The notes under the pieces are model-generated. The model was given only the letters and a program-made list of their open reading frames with translations, did no database searches and was not told the origin of the DNA. Of a stretch of DNA of 21,362 bases, positions 9,320-17,961 are shown piece by piece. Source of the stretch: Candidatus Krumholzibacteriia bacterium (GTDB lineage Bacteria; Krumholzibacteriota; Krumholzibacteriia; WVZY01); the NCBI GenBank assembly GCA_046754105.1, contig JBHHVD010000057.1, positions 1 through 21,362 of the forward strand, read 5' to 3'. Made by a program: the position numbers and the translations under genes. Positions within the stretch are counted from its first letter, which is position 1. Each line of letters starts with the position of its first letter.

Positions 9320-11653
9320 ATGATTGGTAAAACCGTATCCCACTATAAGATTCTAGAGAAGCTCGGCGAGGGCGGGATGGGGGTCGTCTACAAGGCCCAG
9401 GACCTCAAGCTCCCCCGTTTTGTCGCGCTCAAATTTCTCCCGCCTCATCTGAGCGCGAGCCCGGATGCAAAGAAGCGTTTCATCCACGAGGCCGAAGCGG
9501 CCTCGTCGCTCGAGCACTCCAACGTCTGTGCCATTCATGAAATCGATGCCTCGCCCGATGGCCGCACGTTCATCGTCATGCCGTGTTACGAGGGGGAGAG
9601 TCTCCAGGAAACGATCAAGCGCGGCCCGATGAGCGTCGACGAGGTCATCACGATCGCGATCCAGGTGGCCGCGGGGCTGGCCAGCGCGCACGAAAAGGAC
9701 ATCATTCACCGGGACGTCAAACCGGCGAACGTTTTCGTCACGAAGGATGGAACTCCAAAGGTTCTGGACTTCGGCCTGGCGGTGCTGGGCGGCCAGACCC
9801 GGCTCACCCGGCCCGGTACGGCCGTGGGCACGGTCGCGTACATGTCGCCCGAGCAGGCACAGGGGCACGGCGGAGACCGTCGAAGCGATATCTGGTCGCT
9901 GGGCGTGATGCTCTACGAGATGCTCTCCGGCACCGTGCCCTTTGCCGGCGATCACGAGCAGGCCGTGATTTACAGCATCATCCACCTGGACCCGGAGCCG
10001 GTAACGCGACTCCGCCCCGGCGTTCCGGTGGAGCTGGAGCGGATCGTCGCCAGGGCCATGTCCAAGAGCGTTCGGGACCGCTATCAACACGTGAACGATC
10101 TGCTGACGGACCTGCGCCGGCTGAGCGACGACGTCGCCTCCGGCACGGCGAGGCAAGTGCCGCTCCACCGGAGATTTCTGCGGAGAAAGCCCGCTCCCCT
10201 GGTTGCCGCCCTCCTGGTCGTGGCGATCGCGGCCGTCGTCGCGCGATACGTCTTCTTTCTTGGAAACGTGGCGGCCATCGAGTCCATCGCCGTCTTGCCG
10301 CTCGAAGACCTGTCCGGTGACCCCGGGCAGGATTACTTCGTCGACGGGATGACCGGCGCCCTGATTACCGAGCTGGGCCAGGTCCGTACGCTGCGTGTCA
10401 TCTCCAGAACTTCCGTGATGCAGTACCGGGACGCCACGAAACCGGTGTCTCAAATCGCGGAGGAGCTGGGCGTGGACGCGGTGGTCGAGGGCACGGTCGA
10501 GCGCTCCGGCGACCGGGTACGCATCACCGCGCACTTGATCCGGGCGGATCCGGAGCGGCAGCTGTTCGCCCGCACGTACGACCGCAACCTGCGTGACGTT
10601 CTGGCCCTGCACAGCGAAGTGGCACAGTCGATCACCGAAGAGATCAAGCTGAGCCTGACACCCCAGGAAATGGCCCGACTGGCCTCTTCCTACCCGGTGG
10701 ATCCCGACGCGCATGACGCGTATCTAAAAGGCCGGCACCAGTATGAGAAATGGGCCTATCCGAGCAACGGTGTCGCCATCGAGTATTTCGAGAAGGCCAT
10801 CGAGATCGATTCGAGCTACGCATTGGCGTACGCCGGGTTGGCCGCGGCGCATGCCTGGATCGTGGGTGAGACGGCGGACTGGAAGGATTCGACGCCCAAA
10901 GCGATCGCTGCGGCAACGAGCGCGTTGGAGCTGGACGAGTCGCTCGCCGAGGCGCACGCGGCCCTGGCCATGGTCAAGTTCCACACCGAGTGGGATTGGG
11001 AGGGTGCGGAGAGAGAATTCAAGCGTGCCATCGAGCTGGGACCGAACGACGTCGACGCGCACCATTGGTACGCCCACTACCTGATGGCGATGGGGCGGGT
11101 CGAAGAGGCGCTCCGCGTGAGCCGGCGGGCGGTAGACCTCGATCCGCTATCCCCCGCCATGAACCTGCAGCTGGGGTGGGAGTTGTATTACGCGCGCATG
11201 TACCCGCAAGCTATCGAGCAGTTCAATAAGACATTGGGGATGGATCCCAACTACCTCTCCGCCTACGGCGGCATCAGCTGGCCCTACCTGTTGAGCGGGA
11301 TGGAAGACGAGGGCGTCACCGCCTGGCAGCACGTGATGGCGCTGCAAGGTGCGAGCGAAGAAGAGGTGGCGGCGCTGCGGAAAGCGTACGAGGACGGGGG
11401 CGTGAAGGGTTTCTTCCGGTGGCGGTTGGAGTGGACGCGGAAAATGTCCGGGTCGACGCACGCGCCCGCCTACGCCGAGTTGATCAGTTACGTGGGCATG
11501 GGCGAGACGGAGAAGGCGTTCGAGTGGCTGCAAAAAGCGTACGAGGAACACGAGCCGAAGCTCCGCGAGCTCAAAGCAAGTCCCTTCCTCGAGCCCCTGC
11601 GCTCCGACCCACGGTATTTCGAGATGCTCGAGAAATTGGGTTTGGACGAGTGA
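9320..11653 (+). CDS. Hanks-type Ser/Thr protein kinase with hydrophobic segment, TolB-N-like domain and TPR repeats
   Basis: GEGGMGVVY, VALK, HRDVKPAN, DFGLA, GTVAYMSPE, DIWSLG; then SIAVLPLEDLS...YFVDGMT and TPRs. MIGKTVSHY (ATG 9320) is the typical start of this family. Confidence 0.95.
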   Translation: MIGKTVSHYKILEKLGEGGMGVVYKAQDLKLPRFVALKFLPPHLSASPDAKKRFIHEAEAASSLEHSNVCAIHEIDASPDGRTFIVMPCYEGESLQETIKRGPMSVDEVITIAIQVAAGLASAHEKDIIHRDVKPANVFVTKDGTPKVLDFGLAVLGGQTRLTRPGTAVGTVAYMSPEQAQGHGGDRRSDIWSLGVMLYEMLSGTVPFAGDHEQAVIYSIIHLDPEPVTRLRPGVPVELERIVARAMSKSVRDRYQHVNDLLTDLRRLSDDVASGTARQVPLHRRFLRRKPAPLVAALLVVAIAAVVARYVFFLGNVAAIESIAVLPLEDLSGDPGQDYFVDGMTGALITELGQVRTLRVISRTSVMQYRDATKPVSQIAEELGVDAVVEGTVERSGDRVRITAHLIRADPERQLFARTYDRNLRDVLALHSEVAQSITEEIKLSLTPQEMARLASSYPVDPDAHDAYLKGRHQYEKWAYPSNGVAIEYFEKAIEIDSSYALAYAGLAAAHAWIVGETADWKDSTPKAIAAATSALELDESLAEAHAALAMVKFHTEWDWEGAEREFKRAIELGPNDVDAHHWYAHYLMAMGRVEEALRVSRRAVDLDPLSPAMNLQLGWELYYARMYPQAIEQFNKTLGMDPNYLSAYGGISWPYLLSGMEDEGVTAWQHVMALQGASEEEVAALRKAYEDGGVKGFFRWRLEWTRKMSGSTHAPAYAELISYVGMGETEKAFEWLQKAYEEHEPKLRELKASPFLEPLRSDPRYFEMLEKLGLDE

Positions 11654-11746
11654 CGGCATACGATTCACGGGACGTCCCGGCGATCGTTCCCGTTTTGGCA
11701 ATCCAGCGGGAGTATGGTGGGTGGTGAGGGAAAAACCCGGCTACCG

Positions 11747-14700
11747 CTACCGAAGCAGCACCATCTTGCGTGTCCTCTCAAAGCCGGGTGCTTTCAACCG
11801 GCAGAAATAAACACCGGTCGCCACTTGTTGACCGCTCGCGTTCCGGCCGTTCCACTCGACGCGTTTTTGGCCGGGCGTCTCCGTGCGATCGACCAGTGTC
11901 CGTGTCAGCCGCCCCGTCGCATCATAAATCATCAGTGTAACCCGGCCGCCACCAATCGGCACGTCGTATCGAATGAGCGTCGTGGGATTGAACGGATTCG
12001 GCACGTTCTGATGGAGGGCAAAGCGCGCCGGGATCACCAGATCTTTGACGCCGGTCGCGGTTGCCGGGGAGGCCGGGGCGCTTTCGTTGCCGGTATCATC
12101 CACTGCGGACACCTTGTAGTACACGTTCCAGCCGTCGAAGTCGGGATCGAACCAGCCGTTCGCGCTGGTGGAGTGAACCAGGTCCCCCGGGGCCGGTGTG
12201 AAATTCGGATCCGTCGACCGGTAGATCCGGAACAGTTGAAAGTCAGGATCCGACGAGGGTTGCCACGTAAGCCGATTGCCGCCGCCCGTGAAGTAAGAAA
12301 CGGTGAACTCCTGTGGTACCGTCGGGAGCAGGTTGTCCACCGAGTACCCACTGTCCGGCGGACTCGCATACCACACCGACGGCGTGGGTGTGTGTGCTGT
12401 TACCACGTAGACGAAATACGGAACGCCGCTGCCAGAGGAATCGGCCGCCGTGGATGCGGTGTGAATGTATTGGTCCTGCTGAACGCCCGGAAAACTCGTG
12501 ACAACCTCCCAGGTACCCGGTGGGAATCCACCGGCCAGGAGTCTCGGGGACGAGCGCACGAAGAATCTTCCTTCCCACTCGATAAGCGGCAGATCCGCCG
12601 GCAGGCGGGCGCCGGATGTTAGCCGGGTGCCCGGTTCCAGGCCGGTGCCGGGTTCCAGCCGGGCGCCGGATCCCCGGGACGGATCTCCACCCGTACCGTC
12701 GGACAGACTCGCGTCTGCCAATCGTTTGCCTTCCGCAGCGAGCGATCGGACGGTCGCCACATTGTCGACACGCCGCCAGACATAATAGGTAACGATCGGG
12801 CTCAGCAATTCATCGGCAAAGTCGTAGCCGGAGCGGGTGGCGTGGATCCGTATCCAACCGCCCTGATCGTTACGGACATCCACAACGGAATCGACCACAG
12901 CGAACCGGTAGAGCCAATCGAGCTGAAGCGAGTTTACGGTGGGGCTCATGAAGTTGGGCAGTCCGCCCCATAACAGGCTCATTCGCCACAGGAGAACGTT
13001 GCCCGGCGCGGGTGGCTTTCGCCACACGTCGTCGTACGGCCACAGGGTCCAGGTGGTACCGGTGTCCACGCTGGCGCTGAGGTCAGCGATTTGCATCGGT
13101 ACGTCCGCGTTGGCACGCACACGGATGATGTCATCGTCCGTCTGGTTAACCCGCAGCGACTGTGCTACGTTGTCTTCGAGGATGAATTCGCGCTGGAACA
13201 CCTGGATCACCTGAACGCCAGAGGAATCATCCGAGACCAGGGCGTAATCACCGTGGATCTCGATGTGCCGCGCCCGGTCCGGCGTGTCGTACCGGGCCAA
13301 TCGCGCCGGATTCGCCGGATCCGAGACGTCGAGGACGATCAGACCGGAATCCGCCGCCGCCACGAACGCGTAGTCCCCCTCGATGGTTATCCCGAGTAAT
13401 TTCGTATTCATTGGGTAACTACCGGCCAGAGAAGGTGATGCGGGATTGCTGACGTCGACTACCTGGACGGCGGTGCTCTCGACCGCGACGTACGCATAGT
13501 CGTCCGCTACGGCCACGTCGTTGGCCACTTTCGGTGTGGGGAAGCTGCCGACCAAAGCCGGCACCCGTGGGTTGGTGACGTCAACGATATTCATGCCGCC
13601 GCTGAAATCGGCCAGGTAGATGAGGTTGCCGGAAACGGCCAGGTCACGCGCGTTGCCCGGCGTCGTGAACGAGATTACGAAGGACGGATTGGCGGGGTCG
13701 CTTATGTCGACGACTCCCATGCCACCCAACGGCCCCAGCAGGTAGAGCGTATCTCCTTCAACTGCTGCCTTCCAGGTGTCCGAACCGATGGACAGAGTGG
13801 CGACCACGAAGGGATTCGCCGGATCCTTGATATCGATCACTTTGAGACCCGCCGCGCGTGCGGCGACGTACGCGAAGTTTCCCGCCACCGCAACCCCCCT
13901 GGCCTTATCGACCGTTGCGACACTGTTGACGATGACCGGAGCCGAGGGAGCGCTAATGTCCAGCACCTGGAGACCCGATGCCAGGTCGGCCACGTAGGCG
14001 TAGCTGCCCGAGACGGCCATGTGGAAGGCCACGTCAGGGGTTTGCACGCTGCCCACAAGATTCGGGGGCTGAAAGAGACGGCCGTGGCGAACAATCTGGA
14101 CACCGGCGCTGCCGTCTGCCACATACGCGTGGTCCCCATGAATCGCAGCCGACCAGGCCTCGCCCGGCGTAAGGTAGCTGTCCACCAGGACGATCGCGGC
14201 CGGGTCGCTGATATCCAGCAGCATGATCGAGCCGGAGCCATTCGTTACGAAGGCGAAGTTACCGAACATCGTCACACCCCGGGCTACGTCGCCGGTTGCG
14301 TAGCTGCCCACCTGCGTGGGGGCCGCCGGATTGCTGATATCCAGCACCTTCAGGTTCTGCGTAATGCCGCCCGCTGCCACGTAGAGCAGGTCGCCCGAAA
14401 CGGCCACATCGGAGGCCACGCCACCAACGGCAAACCCGCTGACAAAGGACGGGCTCGACGGGTTACTGATATCTACGACCAGAAGACTGTTACCACCGAC
14501 CGAGAATGACAAGTTCCCGTCCACGGTGATGGCACTGGTCGCGCTACTGCCGGTGACGCTCCCTACCAGAAGCGGGTTTGTTGGGTCACTGATGTTGATC
14601 ACACGAAGCCCGCTTTGTGTGCCCGCGATACCTACGTATGCATGGTTTCCCGAAACGGCAACGGATCTTGCCAGGACAGTCGGTATCAGCCACGTTCCCA

Positions 14701-15160
14701 CGGCAAAGAGGTTGTGGGTGCTCACGTCGTATACCTTGAGTCCGTCGGTGCCGTAGGCCACGTAGAGGAAATTGCCGGCAAGCACCAGGTCGGTGGCCTC
14801 GCCGAAGAGCGAGGAGGTGCCCGCCGCAACAGTCGGGTTGGCCGGGTCGCTGATATCCAGGATGTGCACGCAACAGTTGTCCGCCACGTATGCGAAGTCG
14901 CCGTCGATCACGATCCTGCGCGTGTCACCGGATGCGGGGTAACTTCCCACTCCCTGCATGGAGAATGGAAATAGCTCGAGATCGCCGGAGGTAGTATTCC
15001 ACCAGGCGGTGGTGCGTGCCGCATCCAGGTACTGTGTGGTGGAGAAATCCTCTACATAGCGATTGGTGGCCGCTTGCGAGTGCCCTACGGAAAGTAGCAA
15101 GAATAGAAAGGTGATCAGGACCGTGCGCGGCAGCGAGCGCGTGCCCTTGGACGTGGCCAT
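11747..15160 (-). CDS. Secreted LVIVD-repeat protein (14 repeats) with FN3-like and C-terminal FlgD-Ig domain
   Basis: RBS GGAGG before ATG 15160; signal peptide; 14 repeats (V-x-G-x-x-A-Y-V-A...GL-x-V-x-D-I-S-[DN]-P); DVRNDQGG motif; C-terminus LHQNVPNPFNPTT...WNGRNASG...GVYFCRL. Confidence 0.92.
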   Translation of the reverse strand: MATSKGTRSLPRTVLITFLFLLLSVGHSQAATNRYVEDFSTTQYLDAARTTAWWNTTSGDLELFPFSMQGVGSYPASGDTRRIVIDGDFAYVADNCCVHILDISDPANPTVAAGTSSLFGEATDLVLAGNFLYVAYGTDGLKVYDVSTHNLFAVGTWLIPTVLARSVAVSGNHAYVGIAGTQSGLRVINISDPTNPLLVGSVTGSSATSAITVDGNLSFSVGGNSLLVVDISNPSSPSFVSGFAVGGVASDVAVSGDLLYVAAGGITQNLKVLDISNPAAPTQVGSYATGDVARGVTMFGNFAFVTNGSGSIMLLDISDPAAIVLVDSYLTPGEAWSAAIHGDHAYVADGSAGVQIVRHGRLFQPPNLVGSVQTPDVAFHMAVSGSYAYVADLASGLQVLDISAPSAPVIVNSVATVDKARGVAVAGNFAYVAARAAGLKVIDIKDPANPFVVATLSIGSDTWKAAVEGDTLYLLGPLGGMGVVDISDPANPSFVISFTTPGNARDLAVSGNLIYLADFSGGMNIVDVTNPRVPALVGSFPTPKVANDVAVADDYAYVAVESTAVQVVDVSNPASPSLAGSYPMNTKLLGITIEGDYAFVAAADSGLIVLDVSDPANPARLARYDTPDRARHIEIHGDYALVSDDSSGVQVIQVFQREFILEDNVAQSLRVNQTDDDIIRVRANADVPMQIADLSASVDTGTTWTLWPYDDVWRKPPAPGNVLLWRMSLLWGGLPNFMSPTVNSLQLDWLYRFAVVDSVVDVRNDQGGWIRIHATRSGYDFADELLSPIVTYYVWRRVDNVATVRSLAAEGKRLADASLSDGTGGDPSRGSGARLEPGTGLEPGTRLTSGARLPADLPLIEWEGRFFVRSSPRLLAGGFPPGTWEVVTSFPGVQQDQYIHTASTAADSSGSGVPYFVYVVTAHTPTPSVWYASPPDSGYSVDNLLPTVPQEFTVSYFTGGGNRLTWQPSSDPDFQLFRIYRSTDPNFTPAPGDLVHSTSANGWFDPDFDGWNVYYKVSAVDDTGNESAPASPATATGVKDLVIPARFALHQNVPNPFNPTTLIRYDVPIGGGRVTLMIYDATGRLTRTLVDRTETPGQKRVEWNGRNASGQQVATGVYFCRLKAPGFERTRKMVLLR
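12599..12670 (-). repeat. In-frame 18-bp tandem repeat (4 units) in the LVIVD gene
   Basis: Units tccggcgcccggctggaa / cccggcaccggcctggaa / ccgggcacccggctaaca / tccggcgcccgcctgccg encode SGARLE PGTGLE PGTRLT SGARLP. Confidence 0.75.
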
Positions 15161-15278
15161 AACATTCCTCCAACGGTTGGGTGGGGTTGCATACGTCAGT
15201 GGGCCCGCGTGAGTAGCCCGGCACACAGGCTGGTGGCGTCGAAGGGTTGATGGAGCATCCCCTCTGCTTTTAGCGTCT

Positions 15279-15322
15279 ATTATACCTTTATCGCGCGGCG
15301 GGTACCACTTGACTTACGTCAA
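15279..15322 (-). promoter_or_regulatory. Putative promoter of LVIVD gene: TATAAT plus upstream TTGAC-N4-GTCAA palindrome
   Basis: Perfect TATAAT on minus strand (15284-15279), poor -35, and inverted repeat TTGACttacGTCAA at 15309-15322. Confidence 0.5.
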
Positions 15323-15563
15323 CAATCAGTCGCATTGGTGAGCCTCTCTTGACGCGGTGATCCTGCGTATTTTTCCGCGCCAAGGGGGTTCGGTGCGTTC
15401 CTATTAAGCGGATGATTGACGGTTGTCCTGGATATCCTCTCCCTGCCGCGCCATCATGGAGACACTTCGGGGCGGAGTGGAGATCCGCTCCCCACGCCTT
15501 TGGCTGGCACCCTCACTTGCGCCCCGCTCGGTTCTACTTATCTGACTGACAGGAGGTTAGATT

Positions 15564-15814
15564 ATGAAACCGCGTGCGATGGCGCTCATCCTATTTGTGC
15601 TGCTGGTGGCTCTGTGGTGGCGGAGGGAACTCCTCAAATCATCATCATGGAGAATCACTGCAAGTGCCTGGATCCAGCCAGGGCGCCAGTCTTGTCACGG
15701 CTCGATTGGGGCGGGAAACAGATGAACCAGAGCGGGCTCCGAATCTCGGGTGACTTTGCCGACACACTTGCACTGAGAATTGCGCATGCGAACGATTCCT
15801 CGCCAGACGAGTAA
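15564..15814 (+). pseudogene. Frameshifted stub of a secreted protein (or a 53-aa small membrane protein at 15564-15725)
   Basis: Strong RBS AGGAGG at 15551-15556 and ATG 15564. Adding one G near 15609 gives signal peptide MKPRAMALILFVLLVGSVVA|EG, which continues into the frame ending at 15814. Confidence 0.45.
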
Positions 15815-15898
15815 GCTTCATGAATGAGCCAGGTCGTTAGACTTCGTAGACTATGCCCCATCACTGACAACTCTACCGGGACCACAGAAGGCAGGAGG

Positions 15899-15997
15899 AT
15901 GTCTCCGTTGGCTGCTTCGACGGAAACTCAATTGTCGCCTGAACGGCCGCCCGAGGTCGGCCAACTGGTCCAGGTGCGGTCAAGGAGATGGCTCGTC
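15899..15997 (+). pseudogene. N-terminal stub resembling DISARM DrmD-type SNF2 helicase
   Basis: AGGAGG at 15893-15898, then PERPPEVGQLVQVRSRRWLV. This matches my recollection of the P-x-x-G-x-L-V-x-V-R-x-R-x-W-x-V N-terminus of DrmD-like helicases. Similarity stops abruptly before the convergent DUF4236 gene. Confidence 0.5.
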
Positions 15998-16030
15998 TGG
16001 GCCATCCGCAACCGTCTCCGTGACCCACCG

Positions 16031-17119
16031 TCATGCAGGTGTGATTCCCAGGCGATCGCGCACATCCTCATAGTCCGGATCTCCTGCGTAGATTTTTTCG
16101 AAATCACCGCGGGCGCGTTTTTTCTGGCCCATCGCTTCGTAGAGCAGCGCACGCTCGTAGCGGAGCGCGTGCAGCAGCTCGGCCGTACGGCCCGCCCGGC
16201 GCCGGAGTGTCTTGCCTAAAAGGTCGCGGGCCGCCTCGGACAGGCCGAGGCCGCGAAGGGCCTTCGCCTTGTAGAGCAGAAGCGCCGCGTGGAGGTCGGA
16301 CTGGTTTCGCACGTCCTTTGCGAGCCGCACGACCTTCTCGCAGCTCGTCCTGTCCTCGGGCGCGCGCTCGAGGAGGAGTTCTGCGAGCGAGAGCTTGATC
16401 ACCAGGTCGTTGGGTTCGAGGCGCTGGAGGCGCTCGAGGGTTTCCAGCGCGCGGTCCCATTTCTCCTGCAGCTGATACGTTTCCACCAGTCCCAGCAAGG
16501 TGCCGCGAAGGTCGGGCGCGAGGACGGCCAGAAGCTCGCCCGTGATCGGCACCACCATCTCGGCGGTGATCCCGTACTTGCGGAAATAACCTCCCAGCCG
16601 CCGGTGTTTTTCGGCGGCGCTTTCGAAATGGCGGGCGGCGGCGGAGAGGCGGTTTCTCTTGAGCGAGAGAAAGCCCGCCAGAAACGCGCTGTCCGCCAGG
16701 TGCGGCGACTTCTCGAAAAGCTCGAGCGCCGCATCCTCGTTACCGAGGACGTGCTCGCGAAGACCGGCGACGAGGGTTTCTTCGTCGTCGGGAGTGACCA
16801 GGCGTTTGAAAAAGCCAAGGGTGAGCCGCCGGGCGGCGGCTTCTTTTTGGTCGCCGGTTGGCGTGTCTGTGGTGCGGGGGTCTCCGGCCGCCCGGGCCGC
16901 CGCGCGCCGCCGCCGGCCACCGCTGCGGGCCTTCTTGCCGCCCACCCGTTGCGTATAGAAAAGCCCCGAGCCGGGGATGCCGAAGCTGGCGCGCCGGCCC
17001 CGCGGTCCGACGGTGAACTTGCTGCCCCGGGGTCCGAAGGAGAGCGAGCCGCCGCTCTTGCTCAGGTTGAGCGTCACGCCGGGGACAAGTTTGATTCTTC
17101 TCCAGAAACGAAAGGCCAT
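16031..17119 (-). CDS. DUF4236 domain protein with TPR repeats
   Basis: N-terminus MAFRFWRRIKLVPGVTLNLSKSGGSLSFGPRG...GIPGSGLFY is the DUF4236 signature; TPR helices end in FEKIYAGDPDYEDVRDRL. Confidence 0.88.
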   Translation of the reverse strand: MAFRFWRRIKLVPGVTLNLSKSGGSLSFGPRGSKFTVGPRGRRASFGIPGSGLFYTQRVGGKKARSGGRRRRAAARAAGDPRTTDTPTGDQKEAAARRLTLGFFKRLVTPDDEETLVAGLREHVLGNEDAALELFEKSPHLADSAFLAGFLSLKRNRLSAAARHFESAAEKHRRLGGYFRKYGITAEMVVPITGELLAVLAPDLRGTLLGLVETYQLQEKWDRALETLERLQRLEPNDLVIKLSLAELLLERAPEDRTSCEKVVRLAKDVRNQSDLHAALLLYKAKALRGLGLSEAARDLLGKTLRRRAGRTAELLHALRYERALLYEAMGQKKRARGDFEKIYAGDPDYEDVRDRLGITPA

Positions 17120-17189
17120 GGGTCCGGTTGAAAAAAGGGTGGAGGTCCCAGCAAGTCCGAAGCGCCGAACCGGATATCGGCCCGCGGTA

Positions 17190-17940
17190 CTAGAGGCGCC
17201 CCAGCTTGATCGAGTACGCCGCCCAGGTGAAGGGGTGGCGCACTCCTTCCTTTCCCATCATAGTCGCGCGCCGCGCCGCGCACAAGGCCGCAACGGCCGA
17301 GGAGGGGGAGATACGCCTCCCCATTCGAGATATCCACAGCTTCAAAGGGGAGAAAGCCGAGAAAGTCATCCGCCGAGATGAGCAGGTTGTACCGCGACGG
17401 CGCTTCGCCTTGTTGGAAAACTTCGGGCGGCAGCAGCGCCCGCGCCAACCGGCGCAGATTCGAACGTAACTCCGCGCCCGGCGGCGCATCCTGCCGTCCC
17501 GGGTCCTCCGCCATCATGGCCACCGTCGACGTGACCAACTCCCGAAGCTCGCCCGCCGGCGCCGGGACCACATCCCGCCTTATTCCGGCGCGAGACACCA
17601 CCCACCGCCACACCTCGTCTCCACGGATCGAGTACAGGCAGTGGTAGCCGTTCGTTTCTTCTATGCGGCGGCGGGCGCCCGCGGACAGGCTGCGGACGAA
17701 GTCCACAAAAGATTCGGCGCTCGCCGCCCGGGCGGGTCCGCCGCCCAGGAGGCGGGGCAGGTCCCGCCAGTACCATTCGAAGCCGTAACCCGTGGATGGA
17801 TCATCGCGGTTAAGCTCGTGAAAAAGCTCCCGAAGTTCCTGACACTCGGCGAGCCACCGGATCACTAAAGAACGTTCGCGGGTAGGCAGCATCCACACGG
17901 TTTGCCGCGCGGGGCCGGTGGGCGCGGCGAACGTTGACAT
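17190..17940 (-). pseudogene. CHAT-domain (caspase-like protease) gene with internal deletion and frameshift
   Basis: One frame has early CHAT motifs (LARALLP, LLISADDFLGFLPFEAV). Near 17299 another frame carries the CHAT terminus (AALCAARRA...HPFTWAAY, stop 17190). The intervening His/Cys catalytic motifs are absent. Confidence 0.8.
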
Positions 17941-17961
17941 ACGGCGGTTTGGCCGTCATAA

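Noticed and set aside
8095..9321. 408-aa minus-strand ORF as a real gene
   Set aside because: Only ~72 aa are protein-like; the rest overlaps the lipoprotein gene out of frame.
11654..11746. Bidirectional terminator between kinase and LVIVD genes (palindrome cgggacgtcccg)
   Set aside because: Short GC palindrome without an adjacent U tract; plausible by chance.
2525..14974. Long antisense or alternate-frame ORFs (e.g. 2525-3439, 3355-4629, 4660-5610, 6621-7745, 6830-7837, 9353-10714, 11714-12622)
   Set aside because: Shadow ORFs expected in high-GC coding DNA; no motifs, and they fully overlap well-supported genes.
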